This document shows positions 36,218 to 51,395 of a stretch of 64,000 nucleotides of DNA, in pieces. How positions within the stretch are numbered: the first letter of the stretch is position 1; each line of letters opens with the position of its first letter. Position numbers and translations under genes: made by a program. This DNA is from Takakia lepidozioides (taxonomy: Eukaryota > Plantae > Bryophyta): NCBI GenBank assembly GCA_030704615.1, contig CM060734.1, positions 21,514,001 to 21,578,000 on the forward strand, given 5' to 3'. A model generated the notes under the pieces. It was not told where the DNA came from. It did not search any database and worked only from the letters and a program-made list of their open reading frames with translations.

Positions 36218-38401
36218 TCTCTGTAACAACACGGGCAATTGCATAAGGTCAAGCCAGACGCCACTCTGGCTTGCAGATGGAGAGACTGTCTCCGGTAACA
36301 GATATTGATAGCGTCGGCGTATTCAAGAGTTTCTTGGAAGAGAACAACTTTGCTTGCAAAACGAGTTTTGACAGGAGTCTTCAGCTTCCGGGTGGGCAGA
36401 CCTGCCTCTATACAAGCCTTGTCCTACTCTTGTCTACCTTTGCCAGACTTCTTAGTCCAGGTAATTGTTTTCTGCAAGGCTGCTTGTGCATCTTTGTGTC
36501 ATTTGTCGCGTACTTGCAGGCTTTGGACATGTAATGTCCAAAGCAAGCACCTACAAATGGTTGTGCAAGTTGCAAATGAGCACATGTAACCACTGAAGAT
36601 AAGGTTGTAGCTAGGGTATTAAGATTGGAACCCTCATCTTTGACATATGCAATTACTTTGTTTGTCAATTGGAATTCTGCAAGCAGGGGTTTAACAATTT
36701 CTACTAGGGCAGTCCCAGCTGTATCAGGAGCCTCGAACAAGCCTACAGTGACATGTCTTGGCATCCACTCTTCATCAATGAAATTCACAACCAACGCGAA
36801 TGTATCAAACCCTGTCCTAGACATCCATAGATCAAATGTAACAGTGACAGTTGCACAACTACCTAGGACAGGCAAAACATAAGTTTCCATGGTTTTGGCA
36901 AGCAAACCTGGGATGTATTCCTTAACCAGCTGTTTGCAGGTTGGGAAACGAATTTTAGGGTCCATGCACATTACTAGTCTACGGAGCCAAGGCGACTCCA
37001 CTGTTAACAAAGCCTCGTAGCCTTTTGCAATGAAAAGGACCAAGTCTTCAATGAACCTCAGCTGAGGAAGGTCGTTCTTTTTGTAACCCCCTTGGCCACC
37101 AAAATACTCCGTGATCACAGATGGAGCAACAGACTTACGCTTCTTGCATTTCACTCTACCCCCTTGTACCCCACATTCAGTAGATTGTAACTCCGCCTTG
37201 TACTTGGCAAAGACCTCTCGATGCTCATTTATGAGATGCTTATTCATGGAGGTGCTCCCATGAGAAGGGCTATATTGCACCAGCCCTTTTCTAGATCTGG
37301 TGGTACTCTGGGAACTCTGTGAGGGCTCTTCAGTATAGTAGTTGTTGTGGCAAATAATGTACCTCATTATTTGCACAGCTTGCACATCAACAACAGACTT
37401 CTGATCGTGAAGAAGAAAGAATGCCCAAACAACACTTGAACGATGGTATGGTACGCAAAAGCGTTGATTCTTGGCAAGAGATGCATACCAGACTCTCCAC
37501 GTCGCTAGGTCTTCCGCAGCTTGAATCTCGTTCCTGCTTTCAGTAGGCTGCAACACCTCTGAGGTCGTGCAAGTGCTATGTTGTTGTTCATTTACAAGCG
37601 TTGTATCACCTGCTTCATCCCCAATGCAAGCCTCAAAATCACTGAAAGACATGCCCTAATCCATCTCAACAGAAATTACAGTATCCCAAAAAATACGGCC
37701 ACTTAAGGGAAACCCCTGCAAAGCTTAGGCAGACCACTACTAAAGTTTCAATTCACTATCCAGTGAAGATGAGGGCTGCTAGTATGAGGATTGTGAGGGT
37801 AAACCATTTAAGCATTGACACCAGCCACCAAACTAACAAAAGAATCAGTACACATTAACAAGGCATTTTGGAGTTCTGATCTCTAGTTCCAAAGCAAGAG
37901 CAGGTGGGCTGTAACACAATCATAATCGTTGGCAGAAGAATGATCCAGGTTAGAAGAAGCCGGCCCCAGAAGAAGGAAATCACCTGTCGAGATTGCATAC
38001 ACATAGCACGTACGTCCCTAAGAGCCTTCATGAAGGCAGATTGTTTGCTGCAAGGCCAAAGACTAGAATATTGCTGCAATTCGCAGCCACTACTTTGCTC
38101 ATTGGAGGAGCCGCACCCTACTGCAGCTTAGGCCCAAAAATCTAACGCCATCGCCATATTGATACCCAGCTCTGTCCACCATAAAGTTGCCGCAATACTG
38201 GTATCGTGACCACGCTGCACTTGCACATACCCAGACCGGTATGGTATGTGTGGGGGGGAATCCTAAAGACATACTCCCCCCAGTACGTGTATGACATGGG
38301 TACACTGGTTTCGTTCATACCCGACTGGTATGTTCTTCAATATATATATTTATACCTGTATTCCATACCTAGGTCCAACCAGGTATACCAGTCCAACATT
38401 G
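36218..38401 (-). mobile_element. hAT DNA transposon (transposase 37652 to 36218), cut by the DNMT-Gypsy
   Basis: BED-like N-terminus, VTFDLWMS, YVKDEGSNL, CFGH, KTPVKTRFAS; TIR CAATGTTGGACTGGTAT at 38401. Confidence 0.88.
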
Positions 38402-39599
38402 ACACATACCCATGCTATATAGCCACTTTTCCTAATGGAAAAATGAAGAAAAAATTGGTCCGTAATGAGCCGTAAGTGCAGATTATGGATCCTAATCGGC
38501 CGTTTTGCTTTGACACGTGGCAAAGAATACCCAAAACCTAACGGCCTGGAAAGGCCTCACAGCAGCACATAACGTTGTGTGGCGCCACGTGATATTTGGT
38601 GAACAAGGAGCATTGCTGCAAACATTTCACTCACCACGGTAACCACACGGTGGAACAATCACGGCACACAATGACCATAAGGTTACACGTGGTCAGCTGA
38701 GAGATGCTGGGATACGTTGTAAGCTGCCATCGTGTTTAGTTCTCCCAATCGATGAAAGGAAGGAGACCATGCTTGCCTCCCACCATACACTTGCGAATGG
38801 TGAAAGTTCCAAAAATCTCAGGTTAATTTTCTTAAGATGCCCCACGGAAAGGGATTTATTCGAGTGAGTACACAAAATGTCTAAGGTTCCAAAGTTGGGC
38901 CAACGAGAATGCTTTTGATCACATGTCGGTTTTGAGAAGATGATGGTCGAAGCCCACTTCATAGACCTACTACCACCATACTCATCATTCACTCCACACA
39001 GCACTCCCCAATCCAATTTCAGGATACAATGCATATGGATGTCCTATATAATATGAGCAGTTTGGCTTGTACTAATCTGGAGTCAATTCTTGTGTCTTAC
39101 AAAGTGAGGGTAAACTGATAAACTGAGCCTAGTTTCCATATCCATTGCATATATTTCTGGATTTTCTAGTTATCGGTATTTTTAATAAGCTCCTTTGTAA
39201 AACTTCAAAGAGAGAGAGAGAGAGAGAGAATGTACTCATAAGACTTGGTTTGCCATAGAAAGAGACAGCGAGTGTGGATGTCTGGGGTTTAGGGCTGGCA
39301 AACCCTATCAACTTCTTGCTTTCACCATCTATTGGGAGAAATTTTGACATCTTATTTTCAGGGACAGATACAGCGCTCTAGAGTGTATTGCTACTAAGTC
39401 TGAACCAGCCCATCAGCTCTACAAAAATGTAGAGAGCTTGTCTCTCCTTTCTTAAACCACAAATGCCTCATGCTTGTGGTATTAGGCTGCCCGCCAGTAG
39501 GGTTCTCTGAGTGGCAGCACAAGAACTTGAAATTGCTGGGGAAAAAATGGGTCCATTACAAAACGTAATAATTTAATGGGTGGAAGAAGGAAGTGCCAC

Positions 39600-41636
39600 T
39601 CATGGGAAGTCAACATCATCCACAATGTCTGCCCTTGTCGTTATCTTCTGCACATACCCTGATAACCACCCCACAATCTCAGATAGCCATACCTTTTCAT
39701 GCCTGGTTCTATTCCCCTCCATCCCAGGAGGTCTGTAGACACAAGGCTATGGCAAGCCAAGCCTAATAAGTAAATTAGATCTCACCCAGTATGTTCCTTG
39801 CACCTCACTGTACATGTAACAACCGAGTATGATACAGAGGCATTGGTCATACGAATTTTGCTTTGATGCAAAGAAGATGCTATCTGTGCCTGCCACAGCA
39901 ACAACAGAATGTGGCAAATGACCACAATTCCAGTCTAACACACTAGACACTTTCCTATGGATACTGCAAGGACAGTGAAGGAAGAGATGCACTCTTTGAC
40001 CCTTTCGTACAGGTTGTGAAGGGCCTAATTCCTGTCGTCCCAAAGCAGGACGGAACAAACGTATATAACTCAGCCCACAAACTTCATAGTGCTGGCGCAC
40101 AGCCAGTAACACCAATTTTAGGGCTGGCATTGACATCATTCTTGAGGTTATAATCTGCTTACCTTGATAAATATCTGTGGGAAACACCTAAGAGTCCCCC
40201 CCTGTACTGCAGTGCTTGTAGAGAACAAGCTAGTTCTCACCTCCTACCTTGCCTCCTGGGCTTGGAGTGAAGGTTTTCCATAAGTTACAAGTGTTCTCTG
40301 CCCACCGGTTGGTTTATTTTAGAATCTTACTGGTTCATGCTTCAGCTACTCTTTACAGGATGCAACATGAGACTAGCAGCCGCTATTTATTCCTAGCACC
40401 TGCTTGGGTCCCTGCCTATTACAGTTATTACTGAGTCGTCCAACGTTGTAATAGATCTCTTGCTTTAAGGGGCTACCCCATGTTTGGGGAATTGACAAGA
40501 GGATAGAGGGACAGTGACAATGAGAGAAGAAAGGAGGCCATGTGTGTGAGCTCACCTAAGCCTAAACAAGCAATGCACTTGCTAATAACTTCTTTGCTCC
40601 GTTTCCCTCTGTAGAAGCTGACCTCACCAGTGCCTTGACAGCGTTGACACTTCCCAGTCCACTGGTAGACCACCTTCTTGCAATCCTACACACCCACCCC
40701 CACATCCCTGAATAAACCCTAGCTCAATCACCCCTTTCTGAATTAGAATCTCTCAACAGATTGAATTTTGCCAACATTATCTATGGAAAGGATGAGGCAA
40801 AGTGCAGAGAAAGACCATTCCCTCCAAATATCCTGATACATGAATGATATGATATGATGACATTTTCACAATTCTAGACGAATTAAAAATACAGGACATT
40901 TTGTGCATTATACTTTCCTCTACAATCAGCCACATTAGAAATTGAAGCAATGCTGGGGTGCAGGCCCTGTCTAACCCAAGTCTCACTCTTTTGTAACAAA
41001 AACTGTCGTTGCTGTGCCAAGTTCTACGTAATTTCCAGCAGGGTGTCATGACATGCGAACTCACAATCAGCTCCCGAGGGTCTGTCGCATGGCTGCATGA
41101 CCTCCATCGCTCAGAGGATAGAGGTTTCGGCTCTTCTGAACCGTGGTGACGTGAGGGGGAACAAGGAGCTAAATAAGATCCATGGAACACGAAGGAAATG
41201 AGTCCAGATTATTCGAAGTACAAACCTCTTTCACGGGGTCGCATCTCAGCCTGGCTTCAATCTGCTCCTTTGAAAGAGGCTCAGAAGTTGGATATGCCAT
41301 GGGCAGTGGCAACGGTGTATCGCCTCTTAAAGCACTATGATCCTCTTTGTGCCATCTTTCTTTCGCCGAAGCCTTGACATCTCTTGTCTGTTCCACATAT
41401 CCATCTTGTTTATTTTTCCCCTTGCCTACTCTCAGTGACGGCCACCGGAAATCTGGCAAGTCTGGCTGGTTCGGAACGGCTGGATCCAGAGCAGCCACTG
41501 AAACAAAGGTGATAGATTGTGATCTGTGACAAGCGGTCCTTAACGGTGGTAGTAATTGAATGCTCCCGGGCCTAAAGGAAGATGAAAGGGGAAAACATCG
41601 ACATGGTAAGGGAGTGTTTCCAGCAAGGCCTAACAT
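39600..41636 (-). CDS. SCO2: SNOWY COTYLEDON 2/CYO1-like plastid DnaJ-zinc-finger protein; exons 41636-41226, 40685-40556, 39658-39600
   Basis: [52 protein letters not shown]; transit-peptide-like N-terminus; GT-AG introns in frame. Confidence 0.9.
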
Positions 41637-42397
41637 CTGAAGCCCCCTTTATCTTAGCCCACGCACATGCTCTTGCGTCCCTGTTACTATGGTAGGCAAG
41701 CGAAGCACTCAGAACGCAGAGGCAGTTGAGGCACATGGGCTGAAAGCGTCTTGACTCCTAACCTCTTTATCTAGAAAGCAGTGCGGTAAAGATACTTGCA
41801 ACTCTCCATTGAAGACACGCATCGTGGTCTCTCTCTCTCTCTCTCTCTCAAATTATCTCAAATACTGAGTCTCCTATGTACATGGAAGAGGGTTCTCCGA
41901 GTCTCCCTAGGAATTACTTACACGGGGACAATCAGCAAGAAGGACATGACAACGAATCATAAGTTATGTGGTCCGAGCAATTTGTAGATGTCATTCACCC
42001 GAAATAATGATGTAATGCCAGGGCGGATTCGCCCGATAGACAGCTATGCGTTGGCGTGACAGACCTCCGCTTTGTGGGGCCAGGCGAATTGGCGAGAGGA
42101 AGCCAGCTGTACCGAGAAGACAGCCAGGTGGCTGTTGCGCGGGTACTAACCGAGAATAGCCGGTGCATCTCGGTCTTACCGTTTAAGGTTACTACAGTCC
42201 ATGTGCCGGGCTTGGCAGTGCTGGCAACCCTCGCACTCCTCCTCGTTCCTGCCTGCGCGTTGCTTGCTGGCCTGCGCAGCCATTGTGGTGGCAGCGGCGT
42301 GCATTTCCATCTGAAGGTGTCTGGGAGGTGGAGGTGTGGTTGTGCAATTCTTTTGTTACCGCTGTCGATCTTCGTTGGAAGGGAAGAGCTCGTGAAA

Positions 42398-43943
<1,546 letters not shown>

Positions 43944-46159
43944 TGTTTAGATGGAGGAAGCCATGCCCTTTAGACAACAGGGACCTTGGGATTGGGAGAG
44001 TGTGGGAATTGGGCCCATGTGTACTCGAGAAGTGCAGGAAGGCCTTGCTCTGCCTGTCGTTAGTCCAGGTACCTTATGCAGGCCCGTTTTCAGGCCTTGC
44101 TTGTAGCAAGGAATCAGAAAATGGCTGCAGATTTAAGGCATGTGAGCTTATATTTGCAGTGGTTGTGGTTTTTGCACTCTTCATTTTTTTGAGAAAGTGC
44201 AATACTTCCTTGCCAGTGCCAGATAGGTAGGCTGCCTGGGAACGTAGCCAATTGTCTGTGTTGACTTTCCCAATCTTTTGTGACGTTTTTCTTAAGGTAA
44301 ACGGTAAAGTTTCCAGTGGATGGTTGTGTGTTGCATGTTGTAGTATGCATTGCTTTGTTGCATTTGAAAAGATTGGAGAGTCATATCTGCCCTCACTATG
44401 TTTCTGTCTGTAATTCTAGAACTTTTCTTTGACTCAATCCACCAATATAGAAGGATGCGGTTGTGGGCTGGCAGGGATGTGGGAACATGTCGAACTGGAC
44501 TCAAAGGTCAACCGCAATTTTCTTGACAGCTTGGTGCTGAAGCCCTTATCTGATTCTCTCCCCATATTCTACTGCAATGTGAGAAGTTGATACCCAGATG
44601 CTTTTGTCGAGTTACTTACTGTTCTGGCAGCTTTTGGGGGTGTTGCATGCCTACTTTGTAGTCTTGCCTACATGGAAGAGACTTTGGAGTATGTGAAACA
44701 ACTCTCACAGACTTCCAAAATGGGGTACAATGCCTTCATTGCAGCCGCAGCCAGCCTTTGGATGTCCTGCCCAATGCAGCAAACAAGAATAAGTAGTAAG
44801 GTGTGTGGCCACGCACCTTACTCCTAATGAGTGTAAGTTGTGCCTTAAGTAGATGTAAAGCTGTGCCTAAAATCAACACCTCCACATGCATGGTCGCACA
44901 GGTCGTGTGCCTAGCAATGATTTGGTGTAATATCTTTTCTAGAGCTCAGTAAAAGGGCCCCTCGATGATAGGGCCACATACCTTAACAATCACACACCCC
45001 TGTATAATATTTGAGCTTCCATATGGATGTCAGATCCACGCATCTACCTCTCTGCCTGTACATACTGATCTATGTGCATAGAGTTTCTTCTCTCGAGGGC
45101 TCGACACTGTGTAACTTAGTTACATGCATCGAGAAGGTGAGATCAATTAATTCAAAACCAGCAGTCTCACTCTCATCATGCAGTTATTGCTGTCTCATCC
45201 AACTATCGTCTTCTTGCATTCTCATTCTCGCATAGTCCATACATACTCCGTATGTTGAACTTAGCTGTCGATGTGTAGGTGAGTATGGCTGAAGGTGCGG
45301 AGTTACAGTGTGGGCAGAAGGTTCTGGGCAGAAAACTTGATCCCGATGAAACTGCTCTTTGGCGCCTTAGGATTGAGTAACTTTGCTGCCCAAAAATGGT
45401 TTGTGCCCAGGGAAAAGGTTGCTTGGCAACCGTGTCTTCTCCAATTACGAGTGAGAAACTCTGCGCACATGGAGGCAAAAACCCGGCTAAGAAATTCGGT
45501 GCAGCAAGATTGCCTATTTTGAGAGAATGTGAAGTTGCAAAAGCAGAAGCGCGATGAAGGGATGAGATAAACATTGTATGAGAGTAATCCTCTCTATCAT
45601 TTCAATCTTCAACTTTTCAATCTCCTTGACCCCATCACATAATTCTTTGATAGCGCCAAATTGTCTTTAACATTGCCACATCCACGCTTAGGCATGCCCC
45701 AGAGCTGACCGTTGTTATAGGGTTGGGAGCCTTGCCAGTACCTTACATTTTGAACGAGGCCCAACGTTATTCGAGCCATGAACGGTCAGATCAACCAAGA
45801 AAGGTCGCTGATCTGCTTTGCTCTGCTTGTCAGCGCGCATACGGTGGCGGTCCGCTTCACACCATTGCTCAGCCCGTGGAGAGTATCCACTTGGTAAACT
45901 GAAATGGCATTTGGATATGAAATTAACGTATCTTTGCCCCATAGCACACCGTAACCCTAAAAATAACTGCGATTGCATGGCCAACTTGATCTGCAAGAGG
46001 TACGAGACAACGTCAGCATACAGAAGCGAAAAGTGGATAGAGAATCTTTGATGGGATTGCTGTTGGAAGGTCCTGAAAGAGATGGATGAACCCCAACCTA
46101 TGGCAGTGATTTGCAGGTGATTGCTAGGGCGATGAGTCCACCAGTTCTTGCAAATGTGA

Positions 46160-46460
46160 AGAAAACTTCGGCTCTAGTTTGGACAAATGACACAACCTTA
46201 TTGCTACTAGAGCTTTGGGAGGAGAAATATTGGGATCATGGGCGTGGATCTATGAGGGAAAAATAACGGGTTCACATTGCAGAGAAGCTGAATGCAGGGT
46301 TTCCCAATACACCACTCGTTTGTGGAAGCATTGTCGCGACAAAGTAGACAAGCTCAAGGACATATATTGGGAAGAAAAGAGAAATGTTCATTAACTAGTG
46401 CTCATCCATCTGATTGGCCATGGTATGAGAAGTTTGACATGATTTTGGGAAGAAACATCT
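46160..46460 (+). pseudogene. Trihelix / Myb-SANT-like DNA-binding domain relic
   Basis: WTNDTTLLLLELWEEKY...HIAEKLN...WKHCRDKVDKLK...SDWPWYEKFDMILG, with a stop and frameshifts. Confidence 0.75.
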
Positions 46461-46778
46461 AGGAATTCGGCATAGAGTGGGCAAGGGGGGGGGGGGGGGG
46501 GGGGGGGGAGGGGGAGGATGCAAGGAGTGCATTGCAATCATCCCCAGATCATTGAGCTTGATGATGTGCAAGAGACACAATTTGACGATGTCCCTTTAAG
46601 CCCTATCCGACAAGCTCTTGTATTCGGTCAGAGCAATGTTTCTGGGACAGGATCAGGTGTGACACCAAAGACTACTTCTGATGAAGCTCCCTACACACAA
46701 CTTACTCCACGAACCAAAGCTTGCTGCAAGCTGTCAAGTGTGCAGGGTCGTCCCAGTACAACCATGAGCGGTCATGAT

Positions 46779-48273
46779 CAGTGTTGGTCTGGTATGGGTA
46801 TCAGACCCGAGTATCAACCCTGGCATCAGGGACCAGACCAGCCTGGTCCTAAATTCTACATACACAGGGTGATACCATTGCTTGGCTTAGGGTAGGGTTT
46901 CTGAGAATAGGCACATACCATACGAGTCTGGTGTTGAGGGCTAAGGTTTCTTGTTGATGCTCGTTGCAAGTGTTTCGCAACCCTTCTTCAACTGATATCA
47001 ATTTTTGTCGAGGGGGAGTATGAAAGAGTGTTATGACGCCCATTTCGCAGCTTAGGGTAGGTGGATTGTTGGGCGAACAATCAAGTTTGATTCCCATGTG
47101 CAGTTTTGCAATTCATGTATGATGCACTCATCAAGTGTTTTATTAATTAGTGAATTGAAACCTTGTTCGATACCAGATCCCAGTATATATACCAGCTGAT
47201 ATTACTTGAGCACATTTGTATTGGTATATACCAGTGTTGGCCGGGTACCATGTTTTGAGCCCTCTTCCAGTCCCGGTTATGGCCTACTCCTTGAAAAAAA
47301 TGGATGGCCGGGGCAGGGTATATCAATAGGTTTGAAAAACATCTCGGTTAACAGGTTCTCATTAAACACATGAATGTTTTCTTGTCCGGTTCTCAATCTA
47401 CCGGTTATGCCATCTTAAAATTGCCGGTTCCATGGTACCGGTTATGGGATTCATCCATTTTTACATTTTTACTTTCTCTAGCATTTTTGTGTATGTGTGA
47501 AAAAGTACACAAGAGGGCTACGGCCTGGTGGTAAGCCACTCGTGGATTGGCCTGTGGGTCTCGGGTTCAAACGTTCAACCCCTATCATCTATCTCTCTGC
47601 CTTCAGGCTGCCCCTGTAATACACTAAGTTTATAACTATTGTTTAGCCAAATGCCCAACTAATTAATTTCCTATTTACTTGGACATCCTCAATGTTGTGC
47701 ACCTAATCTCCCCAACCATTGTAAACGTATAGTTACTAGTAAGACATAACTAGGATCTGTCCATCTGCAATAATCTTAACTACCATCACCCTACCATCAC
47801 CAACCCCTATACCTATATTATCTAGAACCGCCTTTACGCCATCCCCATTTGCTCCGGATCCTGCTCTGGGTATAACACCTTTACAATCACAATGCCGGTT
47901 CTCTAGCTGGTTAGGAAGCTGGATGGCTTTAGCCGGTTCCCTTCCATAGCCGGTTCCTCCGGGGGCTGCACTTTCCGGGTATGCATATGTGCATAACCGA
48001 CAAATAACCGCCGGGTATGCATGTCCAGATGTCATACCCAGCCAACACTGGTATATACCAGATCCCAGTATATATACCAGCTGGTATTACTTGAGCACAT
48101 TTGTATTGATACCATTGCTTAAGTGATTAAGATTTTCTCAGTATCCTTACCAGACTAGTATCTAATTTGAAAAATATCCCTGGTACCAATGTTCCCTTGG
48201 TATGTCATTTTGAGAGCCACCCATATACCAGGACAGCCTGGTATCCAAAAATGTTGATACCAGACCAACACTG
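46779..48273. mobile_element. Non-autonomous hAT element
   Basis: 17-bp perfect TIR CAGTGTTGGTCTGGTAT; 8-bp TSD GTCATGAT / GTCGTGAC. Confidence 0.9.
47232..48050. mobile_element. Nested hAT MITE
   Basis: TIR CAGTGTTGGC(C/T)GGGTA, perfect TSD GTATATAC, CCGGTT subterminal motifs. Confidence 0.92.
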
Positions 48274-50321
48274 GTCGTGACGCTGCGATCATGAAGATTA
48301 GGTCACTGCGGAACTAGGACCATGAGCGGGAACGACGGACCATGAAGGGAACATGAACCATGATCATGGCGGTTGAGCCATGAACCAAGAACAGAAGAGT
48401 CTCGGGCAAAAAAAGGGTCCACAGACGACGGTTGGAGTCATGGCGGTTGGCTCACAAAGAGGTTATGGCGGTTGACATGAGAGTATTTAGGCGAGCGCAA
48501 GGAAAGAAGAAAGGCCTTTTACAATACACATGATAAGATTCGTGAGCACGGACTGAGGCAGGAGCAGGGAAGAGTGACAGTGAGACTGAGAGCAGATTAG
48601 ATGGAGATATGGGAACGGAGTTCCAAAGTAGACTAGGGAAGTTGAATGTATTTGTGACCAAAGGCTGCGCCCTGTACTATACTCCATGAAATTATAAAGC
48701 AACTCTTATTTGGAATCCAACATTGTGTAGAGAGAGACCTAAGTGAAGTTATGGAATGCCTAATTGGAAGAGGAACTTGAATCGAAGGGATTACAGAAGT
48801 AATCTCAACTAGCAATATACCCAAGTTCACTGTTAAACTAGAATGATCATAAACTCATGAAAATAACAGGTTCATGGTACCCCATGATAGGCTCTCATTT
48901 TAAGATAATACCCTCTTCAATGCGCCTATAGGCCCCGCCAGTACGGCCCATGGGGTCAGCTTCTAAGACCAGCGCCCATCCACCGGGTCCGCCGAAGGGT
49001 CCATTGGATAGTCTAGTCTGTTGTGGAGGGTCTGCTGGAGGGTCCACCGACTCTCCAAAGTCCGCTAGAGAGGGTCCACTCTACGTGCAGAGTGGACTGT
49101 GAGTCAGCTGGAAGGTCCGCCGCTGCAAAAAAACAAGGATTTAAGAAAGAAGTAGTATACAGTACCACCTGAAAGATTTGAACACCGAATCTCATGCTCA
49201 TTATTTGTTGCTCTTAACCACCACACTACCCACTGCTTTCCACAAACCCCTGAAATAACTAATGTTTTATGTGTATTACCAGATCCTGTATGCAGGTCCC
49301 CTCTTGGTTGGGACCTACCGCAGCAGACTGACTTGGCCGGTAGACCAAAAAGCCGACCGGCTTACATGGCAGACCGAGCAGCAGACCCCGAGCCGCAGCC
49401 GACCCTCCGAGGGGCGCTCCCACCCCCTTTGCGTGACAGGTGGGCCCCTCCACATGCACACGCGTGCGCATTGAAGATGGTGTTATCTTTCAATGAGAAG
49501 CCCCCATGATACACTAGACGTATTAAATATACACTACAACAGATCCTAGTTTTTATGTCTATCACTATTCGGCAGTCATGGTTTCCATGTCTACAAATAT
49601 GACTGTAGAGTCATGGAGGACATTGGCAGTGAAGTATTTCCTTAAATTGCGGAGTGATATAGTCATATATATATGTATTTTGCAAGTCATGTTGATCGTA
49701 TGAAGTTAAATGGTTGTTATGTCACCACAAAATATATACACCACTGCGGAGTCATAAAATTCTCATTTGGTGTGTATAATATATTCTAGCGACGACTGAA
49801 GGTCGGAAGCTAGTTTAGCGTAGAGCAGATATAGGGTGCCAAAGTGCCACATCATTGTCACCACGTCATCGTCGCCACGTTTCATCGCCACTTTTCGTCA
49901 TCAAATTTTTTGGTACTTGCCCACACTGCCCGGAATGTCTGCTTGGTCTTAGCATGCCGTTGGGACCTGCCCGGACTGCCCGAAATGTTTTCTTGGTCTT
50001 AGCAGGTCGTGTTTCAATCTCTGCCTGCTCACCTGCATTGTGGTTCTCACAGACCAATCCGATATTACCTAAATATAGACACAAGCAACACACACAAGAG
50101 GTCATTTTGGGTTGATAGTCGGTGTCATGACACAAGGTCAAGGACAATGTGGTGAGGGCACTTCTTCGACCTATTCCAGCCTGTTTTGCCCTCTCATCAG
50201 ACTCGGCCCTGAGATGCATATTGAATTCTATAAGTTAGCTCATTGGGTGGATCTGTGGTATCCAAAAACAGATAACAGAGATGAGGAGAAACTTTGGAAT
50301 GAACACTTTTCCGACCCCAGT

Positions 50322-50592
50322 TGTCGTGCGCATACATATCGTTACACAACTACATCGCGGTCCAACACCACACAACACATGTGCACACCATACACTAGTA
50401 TATCACTAGTCCACCACTAGTCACTAGTCCAACCACTAGGCTGCCACTAGTCAGTCACTAGGCTGCCACTATGTTACCCACTATGGCAGTCACTAGTCCA
50501 CCACAATTTATCTAGTATACCACTAGTCCACCACTAGTCCAACCACTAGGTTGTCACTATGTTGCCCACTATGCAGTCACTAGTCCACCACA
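50322..50592 (-). repeat. 3' LTR expanded by CACTAG tandem repeats
   Basis: Minus-strand TGTGG...CGACA ends; CCACTAGTC-type repeats at ~50390-50590. Confidence 0.75.
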
Positions 50593-51095
50593 ATCGCCCC
50601 CCTAGCTGGTGCTTAGATCCCTCTAAGTCCAGGTAGCCACAAGATGTGATAGTGACTGTAGCCTCACTAAGTCCTCCACCACTGTCCCTACTACACTCAA
50701 ACTCGATAGATCAAGAGGCCGGGTACAAGAGTAGCCCCATCGTTAGTCGCCGTCTTGCAACATGTGAACTTGAGCCTGGGATCTCGTGTATTGACTCATA
50801 TGAGCTTGGCCTCCCATGTCTTATTAGCTGCCACTAGTCATATCCACTGCCACTATCCCAAGCAGTGTGGATATAACCAATCTCCATCAGGAACCTTCTC
50901 AAGAGGTGGTGTCAAGCATCCCATGTGTCAACCTCTTGAGCATCGATCACACACCAGCATAATGGGTGCCCCTTTGGCAGACCCACAGAGCATGCACCTC
51001 AAACCTGCAGATACCACTGTCAAGTTTGGGTCAATTCTGCCATCGACATTAGGAAGGTGACATGGCGCACAATTACGCACATTGTCCTTCCAAGT

Positions 51096-51395
51096 CGCAT
51101 GCACACGAAGTCGGGACAGGTACACCCCGGAAAATTTCCCACCGTCACCTGATAGGCCCTGTCGTGCAAAACAGACCCAGATGTGACCAAAGTATAAACC
51201 CGTCCATACCCAGGTGAAGGTACTTCCATAGTTCCTGTTACCCGAGCCTGAAGTAGTCTGGCCGATTCCACCTTCGCATCGTGATCAGGCCCCGAAGCCA
51301 CCCGATGCACTGTTTTGCCATTCCTTCTCGTGGGATGCGAAGTATCATCTGGAGGAAGCACCATAGCAGCAAGGCCACCAAGAGTCCACGCCACA
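51096..51395 (-). other. 300-bp foreign insert encoding a partial SWIM-like zinc finger
   Basis: Absent from the sister copy; reads YQVTVGNFPGCTCPDFV, out of frame with pol. Confidence 0.6.

Noticed and set aside
42056-42397. N-terminal extension of 14-3-3
   Set aside because: Starts at GTG; the family-typical start is the ATG at 42398.
46743-49800. Outer CAGGG element with CATGA repeats, and a solo LTR at ~49019-49438
   Set aside because: No matching right TIR or TSD for either.
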